Below are positions 29,120 through 38,551 of a stretch of DNA of 47,210 nucleotides, one piece after another. The stretch's first letter is position 1. Each line of letters begins with the position of its first letter. Position numbers and translations under genes: made by a program. The notes beneath the pieces were generated by a model. It did no database searches and was not told the origin of the DNA. It worked only from the letters and a program-made list of their open reading frames with translations. This DNA comes from Gemmatimonadota bacterium (GTDB lineage: Bacteria; Gemmatimonadota; Gemmatimonadetes; Gemmatimonadales; GWC2-71-9). The stretch spans positions 1 through 47,210 of the forward strand of contig JAZDCZ010000237.1 in assembly GCA_036679605.1 (NCBI GenBank). Reading direction: 5' to 3'.

Positions 29120-30404
29120 CAACGATAGCGCAGTAAAGGTCACGGCAGTCGCAGCGTCGGCGCAGCTAGGCGGCACGGAGCGCGTGCTGCTCGACTTCGC
29201 CAACCGCGCATTCGAGCACGATATAGCGTTACGTGTGGTGACACCCGCCAACGGCCCTCTGGTAGAGATCCTCGACAACATAGGAGTGCCAACAGCCGTC
29301 GTGCCCGGGCCCACACTCATGCTCAGAGGTTCGCAGCAGGCCGGCAAGCTTTGGTCCTTGCCCCCTGCGCTGCTCGGAATACTGTCCTGGTCGAGACGGC
29401 TCGCCAAGCACGAGTTGCTGCGGGATGCCGACGTGGTCTATTCGGTGGCCTTCAAGCCGCACCTGGCCCTCGCAATCTCTCGGTGTCATCCGGTCGTGTG
29501 GCACCTGCACGAATTTCCACCAGAGACGACCGGGCGATTCTGGCGAACTCTGGCGCGGCGGATTCCCGACCGGTTGATCGCCAACAGCACAGTGGTTGGG
29601 GAGTCGTGGGCGGCGGGACGGGCCGGTGGAACGGTGGAAAATCGCACGGTAGTGGTACCGAACGGCGTCAATCTGGACCGATTCAAGCCGGGCGAGAAGA
29701 CCCACTGGATTCACGATCAGTTGGGGATCCCCCACGACCGGCGTCTCGTCGGCATGCCCGCAGTGTTTGCCCGGTGGAAGGGTCAACTCCAGGTGATCAA
29801 GGCATTCGAATTGGCAGCCAAGGGTATTCCCGACGTTCACCTCGTGGTGGTTGGCGGGACTATTTATGACACCGTTTCCGAACGGGACTACGGCCGGGAG
29901 TTGGAAGGTCAGATCGCGACCTCGAATACCGGCGAATGGGCCATACCCAATCTTGAAGAGGGGAACGGGGAAAACGGAAAAGGGAAAAGTCTATTAGGCG
30001 ATTCCGGGCTCTCCGATCGGATACATCTCCTGCCGTTCCAGTCGAAGATCGAGCGGGCCTACCCTGAGTTCGATCTCGTGGTTCACTACTCGCTAAGGCC
30101 CGAGCCGTTCGGACGCGTGATAATCGAAGCGATGGCCTGCGGGATCCCGGTGCTGGCAGCCGACGAGGGCGGACCGGCAGAGATCTTGGGAGGAGGGATC
30201 GGAGCGAGAAGAGAGGCCGGCTGGCTGGTGCCGCCGCGAGATCCGAAAGCGCTCTCTCAGGCTTTGGAAACGGCGCTGGTCTTGCCCAGCGAGGTTATGA
30301 GGTCAATTGGTGAGGCGGGAAGGAGGCGGGCAGAGGACATCTACTCCTGGCGACAGTTCGCCGAGCGCGTTGCGGCGACGCTGGTGGAGGCGCGCCGGCG
30401 TTAG
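29112..30404 (+). CDS. GT4 glycosyltransferase
   Basis: GGTERVL, ARWKG and PEPFGRVIIEAMACG. Confidence 0.9.
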   Translation: MSSNDSAVKVTAVAASAQLGGTERVLLDFANRAFEHDIALRVVTPANGPLVEILDNIGVPTAVVPGPTLMLRGSQQAGKLWSLPPALLGILSWSRRLAKHELLRDADVVYSVAFKPHLALAISRCHPVVWHLHEFPPETTGRFWRTLARRIPDRLIANSTVVGESWAAGRAGGTVENRTVVVPNGVNLDRFKPGEKTHWIHDQLGIPHDRRLVGMPAVFARWKGQLQVIKAFELAAKGIPDVHLVVVGGTIYDTVSERDYGRELEGQIATSNTGEWAIPNLEEGNGENGKGKSLLGDSGLSDRIHLLPFQSKIERAYPEFDLVVHYSLRPEPFGRVIIEAMACGIPVLAADEGGPAEILGGGIGARREAGWLVPPRDPKALSQALETALVLPSEVMRSIGEAGRRRAEDIYSWRQFAERVAATLVEARRR

Positions 30405-30406
30405 CT

Positions 30407-31156
30407 CTAGGCCAACGCTCCCCGGGCAGATCCAGACGGTTCGCCGGCCAAACTGCACAGCAGCTCTTCCGCCCGGGCCCAGTCGTCCGGCGTATCGATA
30501 TCGACCCAACCGACCCCGTTCAGCGCAACCGGCGCCAAGTGGCCGGCATCGGCCACACGACGCATTCCAGCTGAGACACTGAGCTGCTCACCTGACCCTG
30601 CCTCACGAAGCGCATCGAACACTCGGTCGTCCAGCAAGAAGAATCCTGCATCTACCGCATCCCATGGGTGCACCGTCTTGCCGATCTCCATTATCCGGCT
30701 GCCCGAGACGCGGACTTTGGTGGCGTCCTCCTCATCGAGATGGGGCGGATTGTAGTCCACCAGCAAGCGCATTGGGGAATCTTCCTCGCCCCGCTCGTCG
30801 GCGAGGAATCGAAGTACCGGCTCGCCAAATAGATGGTCGGCCATCTGAAGGAAAAACCGGCCGCTCACGTAAGGTTCAGCCGCTAGCAAAGAGAGACCGT
30901 TGGGATCATGGAACTGGGCATTATGGACCACAGTGATATCAAACGGCGTATCCACCTGGTCGAGGTGCGCGCGCACAAGGTCAGCGCTGCACCCAACTAC
31001 CACTACAGCCTCCTCACAGCCGACCTCGGCAGCTTGCGCCAGAGCATGATCAATAAGTGGTTGTCCGCCCACCTTACACAGCGGTTTCGGAAGTCCGTGC
31101 CGTCCGCTGCCAATCCGGCTGCCGTTGCCCGCTGCCAGAATCACCGTCTGACGCAT
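30407..31156 (-). CDS. IPCT-like phosphosugar/polyol cytidylyltransferase, paralog 1
   Basis: ILAAGNGSR…PKPL, NGLSLL, MADH, DATKV, DAVDAG and WVDIDTPDD. Confidence 0.85.
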   Translation of the reverse strand: MRQTVILAAGNGSRIGSGRHGLPKPLCKVGGQPLIDHALAQAAEVGCEEAVVVVGCSADLVRAHLDQVDTPFDITVVHNAQFHDPNGLSLLAAEPYVSGRFFLQMADHLFGEPVLRFLADERGEEDSPMRLLVDYNPPHLDEEDATKVRVSGSRIMEIGKTVHPWDAVDAGFFLLDDRVFDALREAGSGEQLSVSAGMRRVADAGHLAPVALNGVGWVDIDTPDDWARAEELLCSLAGEPSGSARGALA

Positions 31157-31530
31157 TCCCTAGTTCCCTTCATTGTTTACCGGTCGCAAGCCCATCCTGC
31201 GCTGGCAGGCTGCTTGAGACCGGGCAATTTGTTGTCGATTCGCTGTTTAGACCGCCGCTAACATGGCAAATTTAGCCCTGAACGGCAATGCTTCTGCCGG
31301 CAAGTCATATCCGCCGGGTTTCAGTATACCCACTGCCTGGCGATTCCGCGAGGGCTAGATCCATATCGGGTATGGATTTACGGCCTTGCACTAGATACTT
31401 TCCAAGCGCCGTGACTACTCCGATGGGTGCCGATGCCCGGCTTCGCAGATCGGGCGACAAGCGGATGGAGTTGAGTGGGTGTCCGACACGACGGCGTAAA
31501 GACTCCCCAGACTGGACGTAGGCAGCCGAC

Positions 31531-32874
31531 TTGAACCGAACAGAACAAAGTATTTGCAGTGCACTCATCCTGGCCGACGGCCGCGGTGACGACCTACCCC
31601 TGCTCTCGATTCTCGGCATGCCCGTTTTGGTGCGAACTCTGTTTGCACTGGAGCGAGCGCACATTACTGACGCGTATATCGTGGCCCCTGCGCAGACTGA
31701 CAAGCTGCGGAATGCGATCGAACGAGTAAGCAGGCTCAAGATCAAGACGCACTGGATAGAAGGACCGTCCGCGCTTACACCGTCGGTTTTCGGCGGACCT
31801 CTAGTGCTCGTTATGGGCGGGCGGGTGTTCGAACCAGGAGTCGTAACGACTCTGCGCAAGAACGCCAACGGAACCAACGGTGTGCACTTCGCGGTCGATC
31901 GCGGTGTCGACATCGGAATCGCGCTCGCCTCACCGACGGCAGTGGGTCTAATAAAGAATGCGATCGACAAGACGGGCGGGCGGATTGGACCTGGCGGAGT
32001 ACGCGAACTGCTCGAAGCCGGCGACGCACAGGACGTCGAAGTTGGCGGGCTCATATGGCACGCCATCGAGCGGACCGCCGACGCCCTCCAGGCCGAGCGG
32101 AAGCTCCTGTCCGGAGTTCGGAAATCCTCCGACGGGCCCATCTCTAGGAACCTGAACCGCCCAATCAGCGCGGCCATAAGCAGGGTGCTGATCAAGACGC
32201 CGGTGACCCCAAACCAGGTGACATTCGGGACACTGCTGATAGGCCTGGCAACCGGCGTGATCGCGGCTCAGGGTGGCTACACCGCCTTTTTGATTACGGG
32301 ACTGCTATTCCATCTCACGTCGATCCTAGACGGCGTAGACGGCGAGCTTGCCAAGCTCAGCTACCGTGGAAGCAAGAGTGGTGAATGGTTCGACACCATC
32401 TCGGACAACATCACCTATGTCGCCTTTCTGCTTGGTTTGATCGTCGGCGTGCATCGGTCGGCGCTACCCGACTTCTTCTTCTATCTGGGAATTCTGGGGT
32501 TGGTGCTGGCCCTGCTCACGTTCGTGAACATCTACATCTACCTCGCCAGACAAAAGAAATCAGGTAGTTTTTTGGCGGTTAAGTATGGCTTTGAAGAGGG
32601 TGGCGGCTGGCTAAGACGGTTGCTGAGGGTGGTTCAGTACCTCGGCAAGCGCGACCTCATGGCGTTCCTGGTGATGCTGCTAGCGATCGCCGGCCAAATG
32701 CACTGGGTGCTGGCGCTGTTCGGAGTCGGAGCAGCTGTCTTCCTGTTCCCTGCCTCGGTAAAGGTGACTTTCGAAATGTTTTGGCGTGAGCACCGGGCCA
32801 AGGCACGGGCCGGCATAAGGGTACCGACGACGAGTGGCGGTCACCCGCGTCCCAACCCGCGAGTGTCGACTTAG
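31531..32874 (+). CDS. CDP-alcohol phosphotransferase (DIPPS-like) with a degenerate N-terminal NTP-transferase domain
   Basis: DGPISRNLNRPIS, TPNQVT and DGVDGELAK…GEWFDTISD. Confidence 0.88.
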   Translation: MNRTEQSICSALILADGRGDDLPLLSILGMPVLVRTLFALERAHITDAYIVAPAQTDKLRNAIERVSRLKIKTHWIEGPSALTPSVFGGPLVLVMGGRVFEPGVVTTLRKNANGTNGVHFAVDRGVDIGIALASPTAVGLIKNAIDKTGGRIGPGGVRELLEAGDAQDVEVGGLIWHAIERTADALQAERKLLSGVRKSSDGPISRNLNRPISAAISRVLIKTPVTPNQVTFGTLLIGLATGVIAAQGGYTAFLITGLLFHLTSILDGVDGELAKLSYRGSKSGEWFDTISDNITYVAFLLGLIVGVHRSALPDFFFYLGILGLVLALLTFVNIYIYLARQKKSGSFLAVKYGFEEGGGWLRRLLRVVQYLGKRDLMAFLVMLLAIAGQMHWVLALFGVGAAVFLFPASVKVTFEMFWREHRAKARAGIRVPTTSGGHPRPNPRVST

Positions 32875-32887
32875 TTCGAATTCGCCA

Positions 32888-33607
32888 CTAAGTAGGGACT
32901 GCCATACACAAGACATCCTCGGCGTGAGCCCAATCGTCGCGCGTGTCAACGTCGATCCACGGCACACCGCCTAGCCGGACCGGCGCGAGAGCACCAGCTT
33001 CCGCTACACGACGCATCCCGTCTGACAGCGTAAACTCTCCAACAGATCTCGCTTCGTCCAACGCATCGAAGATGCTCCGGTTGAGCACAAAATAGCCTGC
33101 GTCCACCGCATCCCAGTTCGCCAGGTCCTTGCCTATGGCGCTAATGCGGTTCTCGGTGACCAGAACCTTGGTCGCGTCATCGTCCTCAACAAATGGCGGC
33201 TCTGGGTCGACGAGTAGATGCATCTCCCCGCTGCCCAAGGCAGCCGCATCGGCCAGCAGCCCCAACACCGGCTCGCAAAACAGATGATCGGCCATCTGCA
33301 GGAAGAAGCTGTCTTCCACATGGGCCCTGGCGGCGAGCAGCGAAAGGCCGTTGGGTTTGTGGTAGTCCGGATTGTATACCGTCTTGATTGCAATAGGAGC
33401 ATCCTGCTGCTCCAGATAGTCCTGCAGGAGTTCGGCACCACAGCCGACCACTACGATTGCCTCTTCACATCCAGCCGCAACAGCCTGCTGAAGCGCGTAG
33501 TCTATCAGGGGGCGTCCCGACACCTCGCAAAGCGGCTTGGGTTTGCCATGGGCGCCGCTTCCGATTCGCCGACCGTTTCCGGCGGCCAATATCACGGTCT
33601 GGTTCAT
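32888..33607 (-). CDS. IPCT-like cytidylyltransferase, paralog 2
   Basis: Colinear with 30407-31156 and has the same motifs (ILAAGNGRR, MADH, DATKV, WIDVDT). Confidence 0.85.
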   Translation of the reverse strand: MNQTVILAAGNGRRIGSGAHGKPKPLCEVSGRPLIDYALQQAVAAGCEEAIVVVGCGAELLQDYLEQQDAPIAIKTVYNPDYHKPNGLSLLAARAHVEDSFFLQMADHLFCEPVLGLLADAAALGSGEMHLLVDPEPPFVEDDDATKVLVTENRISAIGKDLANWDAVDAGYFVLNRSIFDALDEARSVGEFTLSDGMRRVAEAGALAPVRLGGVPWIDVDTRDDWAHAEDVLCMAVPT

Positions 33608-33990
33608 TCAAGTTCCCTATAAGTTTTGTCCTGGACATCCAAATCCAGGCCGACAATAGCTGTCGCTCGTGTGTATGGCTAGAGGGAGGCGGCGAGTCGC
33701 CAGGTCCTCAGAATGTGGGGGATTCTAATCGGACCCCGTACAAAGCTTCATAACACCAAACAGGAGGTAGTTGGTTCCTGAGACCTACAGGACACTGAGA
33801 TAGGAACCGCGCAAGATGTCGGCGACGTTCATCCTGTAGGTTCATGTACCAGCTGAGGTTGCCATATCATATTGGCGCTGTTAAGCTACTGTGCTTACGG
33901 CAGTTAGAGCCTTCGGGCACCGTTAATTGAATTCTGGAGACTGCGCCATTTGCACACGCTGCCAGCCACATCTCTCGATCGGATAAGCCG

Positions 33991-35055
33991 TTGACAACCG
34001 TAATATCTGAGCCCGAGACCAAGCCCCCCTCACAGCCGCCGTCGTCGCCCAACGGCAACAACGGCGATGGTGGCAAGAGTCGAGTGCGCCGAACGCTTCA
34101 TGTACTGCGACGAAAGCTGACCCCGGCGGGGCCGTCGGCTGCCTCGGTGCCGTTGATGGAATACGTTAAGTACCACACGTTCTCCCGCTTCACACCATCG
34201 TTTCCGCAGATCATGCAGGTGCAGACGCAATACGGCTGCAATGCGCGCTGCGTGTTTTGCCCGATGGGTCGCGAGGCTAACCAGATCCACGGCCGGATGG
34301 ACGACGTCACGTTCTCGCGCATCGTCGATGAGGCTGTCAAGAACAACGTCAAGGTCTTGAGCCCGTATCTCCAGAATGACCCGCTGGTCGATCGCAGGAT
34401 GCACGAGCGCGTCGCGTACATTCGTGAAAGTCGCGGCAAGAAGCGGTTCCCTAAGACCAAGATCATCACGAACGGTGGCTTGCTGACCGAGAAGCGGGCT
34501 TACGATCTCATAAACGCCGGGCTCGAGTACATAGTGTTCAGCGTGCATGGGGTCGACGCCAATGTCTACGACGATTTGATGCAGGGGCCGAGGTTTGAGA
34601 CCACGATCAAGAACATCGATCGGTTTGTGCGCATCAAGGAGGAACTGGGCTCGAAGACACCTGATATCGAGGTGTGGGCTGTACGCACCAAGGAAGTCGA
34701 CCGGCAGCTAGCCGAAGTGAAGGAGTTCTGGGCGGGCCGCAACATCCGGTTCAAGGCACGCGAACTCGACAACCGAGCCCACCCCGAAATCACAGAGAAC
34801 GACGATCTGGCGAACGACTACGACGAGTGGAAGTTCGCTACGCACTGCGTGATTCCGTTCTGGCGTGCGTGGATCCTATGGAACGGCGACGTCGTGCTCT
34901 GCTGCGTCGACTGGGAGCGCAAGCACGTGTTCGGCAACATCCACGAGAACACGCTGCGCGAGATCTGGAACGGCGACGCATATCGGGCGTATCGGGAGCG
35001 GATGAAGAAGAACGATTTTGCGGGTACGCTGTGTGAGAACTGTCAGGGGATTTAA
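33991..35055 (+). CDS. Radical SAM enzyme with SPASM/twitch domain
   Basis: CNARCVFC; C-terminal CVIPF…NGDVVLCC…GNI…IWN…CENC. Confidence 0.92.
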   Translation: MTTVISEPETKPPSQPPSSPNGNNGDGGKSRVRRTLHVLRRKLTPAGPSAASVPLMEYVKYHTFSRFTPSFPQIMQVQTQYGCNARCVFCPMGREANQIHGRMDDVTFSRIVDEAVKNNVKVLSPYLQNDPLVDRRMHERVAYIRESRGKKRFPKTKIITNGGLLTEKRAYDLINAGLEYIVFSVHGVDANVYDDLMQGPRFETTIKNIDRFVRIKEELGSKTPDIEVWAVRTKEVDRQLAEVKEFWAGRNIRFKARELDNRAHPEITENDDLANDYDEWKFATHCVIPFWRAWILWNGDVVLCCVDWERKHVFGNIHENTLREIWNGDAYRAYRERMKKNDFAGTLCENCQGI

Positions 35056-35211
35056 AGAGGGCCCCGCCTTCATTGTCCGCGACGTGAGAGTCGCGGCTCG
35101 GCTGATGTCGCTAAGAGCGACGTGAACGTCGCGGCTCGGCCGCCTTTCACATTTCACCATAGATGTCCGCGACATGAGAGTCGCGGCTCGGCTGATGTCG
35201 CTAAGAGCGAC

Positions 35212-36474
35212 GTGAATGTCACAGCTCGGCAAACCGTCAGCGCTAAGAGACAAGCCATCGATACAGCACCCGTAGAAGCAGCAGTTAGGCTTGATCTCAG
35301 CCGGCGGTCCCCAAAGTCCGACCAGCCCGCGAGCTTCGAGCGGATCCTGGGTCGAGCACCGATTCAGCGCCATCTGGTCGAGCTAGCGCGAGTAGGTGTG
35401 GAACGCTGTTCGGTGGTGGTAACGGGAACGGCTGATAGAGCCGCGATGGCCCATCTCGATCGACTCATCGCCGAGGTTCCGCTGGGCGATATGCGGGTCT
35501 CCATTTGTCACGACGAGAAGTTCAAAGCCGAGGACGTAGTCATGGTCGCTGGCGAGGCGGTGTACGATCCGCGGTTGTATCGCTATGCTGTCGAATCGAG
35601 CGGCCCCGTGATACTCGTCGATGGGGGAGCGCAGATTGGATTGGAAAAAACGGGAAGCGGGAAACGGGAGGCGGGAAGCGTAGAGAAGGAATCAGGAGGC
35701 GGGCTGGTTCCGGTGGACTCCCTGCCCTCCTATCTGCCCAACATGCGGCGGGATTTGCGGCCGTACTGGCGGCGGCTGAAGGCGCGGGAGGACTACCTTC
35801 AGGCAGAGCGGATGATCATGGATTCCGCTCAGAAGGGAATTCTCGATTTTCCCGCCCGGTACCTGCATCCGATTCCTGAGGATTACTTGGCCGCCCTGCT
35901 CTCTCGCACCGCGATCACGCCCAACCAAATAACGGTATTTACAGGGCTGCTGGCGTTTGTAACGACATATCTCTTTGCGGTGCAGTCGTATGGGTGGGGT
36001 TTGGCGATCGCACTGGTGGTGAACGTGTTGGACGGGGTGGATGGGAAACTGGCGCGGGTCAAGCTGTTGAGCAGCAAGTTCGGCGACCGGTTGGACCACG
36101 TCTTGGATGTGACGTTCGAGTTCGCATGGTACGTCGCTCTGGGGTGGGGTCTGTCGCAGGGGGCGGGCGGGATGCTACCGCTTTACCTGAGTTTCGGACT
36201 CATCGCGATCATGCTGGGCACGCGTGCGGTATCCGGTGCCTACACCGCGACAACCGGACGGCAGATCCACGATCACACGGCATTCGACCGCGGTTTCAGG
36301 CTCGTCGGTGGCCGGCGCAATGTCTACATCATCATGTTGCTGGCGGGACTTCTGCTCGGCAGCGTGGGGGCGGCCTTCTACGCCGTTGTTGGCTGGGGCG
36401 TGGTAACGTTGGCGGTCTTCAAGGTGCGGGCGGTGATGGCTTTTTTGGGGCGAGAGAGTGGGGGCCGCGATTGA
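35212..36474 (+). CDS. Second CDP-alcohol phosphotransferase with a degenerate N-terminal NTP-transferase-like domain
   Basis: TPNQIT and DGVDGKLAR…FGDRLDHVLD. The start is uncertain because the track's start at 35122 lies inside REP copies. Confidence 0.85.
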   Translation: MNVTARQTVSAKRQAIDTAPVEAAVRLDLSRRSPKSDQPASFERILGRAPIQRHLVELARVGVERCSVVVTGTADRAAMAHLDRLIAEVPLGDMRVSICHDEKFKAEDVVMVAGEAVYDPRLYRYAVESSGPVILVDGGAQIGLEKTGSGKREAGSVEKESGGGLVPVDSLPSYLPNMRRDLRPYWRRLKAREDYLQAERMIMDSAQKGILDFPARYLHPIPEDYLAALLSRTAITPNQITVFTGLLAFVTTYLFAVQSYGWGLAIALVVNVLDGVDGKLARVKLLSSKFGDRLDHVLDVTFEFAWYVALGWGLSQGAGGMLPLYLSFGLIAIMLGTRAVSGAYTATTGRQIHDHTAFDRGFRLVGGRRNVYIIMLLAGLLLGSVGAAFYAVVGWGVVTLAVFKVRAVMAFLGRESGGRD

Positions 36475-36987
36475 GGTCTGCGGCGTGGCGTGAAAAGTGA
36501 TCATGTGAAAAGTGAAATGTGAAAAGTCCGCGACCGTGGATGATCGGCCGCTCGGAGCACAGCCACGCGTTCGTTGATCGGCGACGTGAGAGTCGCCGCT
36601 CGGCGTTCGCGCCGGGTCCTGGATGATCGGCGACGTGAGAGTCGCCGCTCGGCTGATGTCGCTAAGAGCGACCTGACATCGCTTTGAGTCTGCTAGTCCG
36701 CCTCGTTTCATATTTCACGTTTCACCTTATTGATCGGCGACGTGAGAGTCGCCGCTCGGCTGATGTCGCTGAGAGCGACCTGACATCGCTTTGAGTCTGG
36801 CTAGTCCGCCTCGTTTCATATTTCACGTTTCACCTTATTGATCGGCGACGTGAGAGTCGCCGCTCGGCTGATGTCGCTAAGAGCGACGTGGCATCTATTG
36901 CAATCCCACAGATCCCGTCGCGATGAAATGCTAGGACCAGCATGGAATAGATGATTCGTCCACCCCGGTAACCGCTAGTTTGAGCGA

Positions 36988-37452
36988 ATGCGGGACCGGC
37001 TGTTTGCACACGTAGTGTGGACCACGCGCGATCGGGCGCCTTTGATAGATGGGCCGTTGGCCGAGTTTCTGGCACATCTGTTTCCCATCACGTGCCGGCA
37101 GGAACGGGCCCATCTGTTGGAGTTGGGCATTGTCCAAACACATGTGCATATGCTCGTGCGCCTGCATCCCACGACCCAAGTCCCCCGACTGTTACAGAGA
37201 CTGAAGGGCGCGAGTGCGGTGATCGCGCGTCGGCGCGGTCTCCCACGCGACGGCTCCATTCTCCGCTGGGCCAAGGGCTATAACATCGAGTCGGTCAGCC
37301 CTCGTGTCGCCCCAAGAGTCCGGTGGTACGTCCGCTCTCAAGCGCGCCATCATCCATCGGAATCAATTCCGGGATGGCCTGCGACTGAACCCAACGTCGC
37401 TATCAGCGACATCAGCCGAGAAGCGGCTCTCATGCCGCTGACCTCACGCTGA
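36988..37452 (+). mobile_element. tnpA: IS200/IS605-family Y1 HUH transposase, REP-associated (RAYT-like)
   Basis: HVVWTTRDR, THVHMLV (HUH), LKGAS, WAKGY…SVS and YVRSQ; flanked by REP hairpins; no tnpB. Confidence 0.85.
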
Positions 37453-37610
37453 CCTCACGCTGACCTCACGCTGACCTCACGCTGACCTCACGCTGACCTC
37501 ACGCTGACCTCACGCTGACCTCACGCTGACCTCACGCTGACCTCACGCTGACCTCGCGCGCGCCGACCTCGCGCTGACCTCATGCTGACCCCTTCCGCTG
37601 ACCTCATGCT
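37437..37610 (+). repeat. 11-bp minisatellite GCTGACCTCAC
   Basis: Ten perfect units (37437-37546) followed by degenerate units. Confidence 0.95.
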
Positions 37611-38035
37611 GCGAACTCCTCGTCGGGAAGTAGCCGCAGTGCGTCGACATGGCGGGGCCGGAGCAGGCGGAAGTGGTGCTGGTCGAGGGTGGCGAGCTTG
37701 GGTTCTTTGAGCCGCTCGACGACGGCAAGCACGGCAGCATCGACGAACCCGATGTCGGCGTCCCCGTATCGGTCACAGATCTCGCGAATCCGGCGGTAGT
37801 CCTCGGCGCGCAGTTCCTCGACACCGTACGCGCCGGCGATGATATCGTCGAGCAGCGCCGCCAGCACGCCAGGATGTAGGCGAACATGCACCAAGTAGTC
37901 CACTTCGACGAGCACCGGTGCCGGAATCACCAGGGGTTCGGTGGCCGTATCGATGAGGTGGCGGCACACCGCATGATCGGCATCGTTCCGGTCGAGGGAC
38001 GCGTACAGCGGACCCGTGTCGAGGATCAGCGCCAC
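37604..38035 (-). CDS. vapC: PIN-domain toxin (VapC)
   Basis: LILDTGPL…EVDY…IGFVDA…TLDQHHF. Confidence 0.92.
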   Translation of the reverse strand: MALILDTGPLYASLDRNDADHAVCRHLIDTATEPLVIPAPVLVEVDYLVHVRLHPGVLAALLDDIIAGAYGVEELRAEDYRRIREICDRYGDADIGFVDAAVLAVVERLKEPKLATLDQHHFRLLRPRHVDALRLLPDEEFAA

Positions 38036-38250
38036 GAACGGGGTTCCGCACGTTCGTCAGCGCTGCGGCGTGCGGTGTCGGCATGCCCGGAGGCACCTAC
38101 GCCTAAGCTGCGGGGGCGCGGCCTATAGCTCGCGACCTTCCCTTCCAACGCCTCACGAACCAGAGCAGCAATCGACGAACGCCGCTCGGCCGCTATCACC
38201 CGGAGGCGATCCAGCAACTCTTCCGGGAGGGAGATAGTGGTGCGTATCAT
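38026..38250 (-). CDS. vapB: CopG/RHH antitoxin (VapB)
   Basis: RTTISLPEEL…SIAALVREAL; overlaps the PIN gene. Confidence 0.88.
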   Translation of the reverse strand: MIRTTISLPEELLDRLRVIAAERRSSIAALVREALEGKVASYRPRPRSLGVGASGHADTARRSADERAEPRSWR

Positions 38251-38285
38251 GATATCATGATAGCCATAATGATGTCTTCAAGCAA
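38246..38285 (-). promoter_or_regulatory. Leaderless promoter and palindromic operator of vapBC
   Basis: On the minus strand TTGCTT-N17-TATCAT-N6-ATG; the perfect palindrome ATCATGATATCATGAT (38246-38261) overlaps the start codon. Confidence 0.6.
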
Positions 38286-38551
38286 TCTACACTCCTGACA
38301 TGAAAGTTACGGACAGTATGTGAAAAGTGAAAAGTGAAACCGATCTCTTCGTCCAGTCTCATGCTTTCTAGTCACTTACAGCCCTGACCAAACATGGGAT
38401 ATATCGTAGAATAGTCGCGACCATCTTACGATACACGATAGGTTTGGACGAGCCCATGAAGCGCATTTATTCGACCGGAAGGGTGTGGCGGCCCCGTTCC
38501 AAACGCAAACTGGATTGCATATAGTAGCACTATTCGCCAGTTTAGTGACGT

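Noticed and set aside
31202..31217. TGGCAGGCTGCTTGA as a sigma54 promoter
   Set aside because: The -12 element is GA rather than GC, and there is no supporting evidence.
33991..35055. Radical SAM/SPASM enzyme as a peptide maturase
   Set aside because: No RRE domain or adjacent precursor peptide is evident, and the context is sugar/lipid transferases.
36624..36887. Three regularly spaced palindromic repeats resembling a CRISPR array
   Set aside because: The spacers are essentially identical, there are no cas genes, and copies occur dispersed and inverted around a Y1 transposase, so they are REPs.
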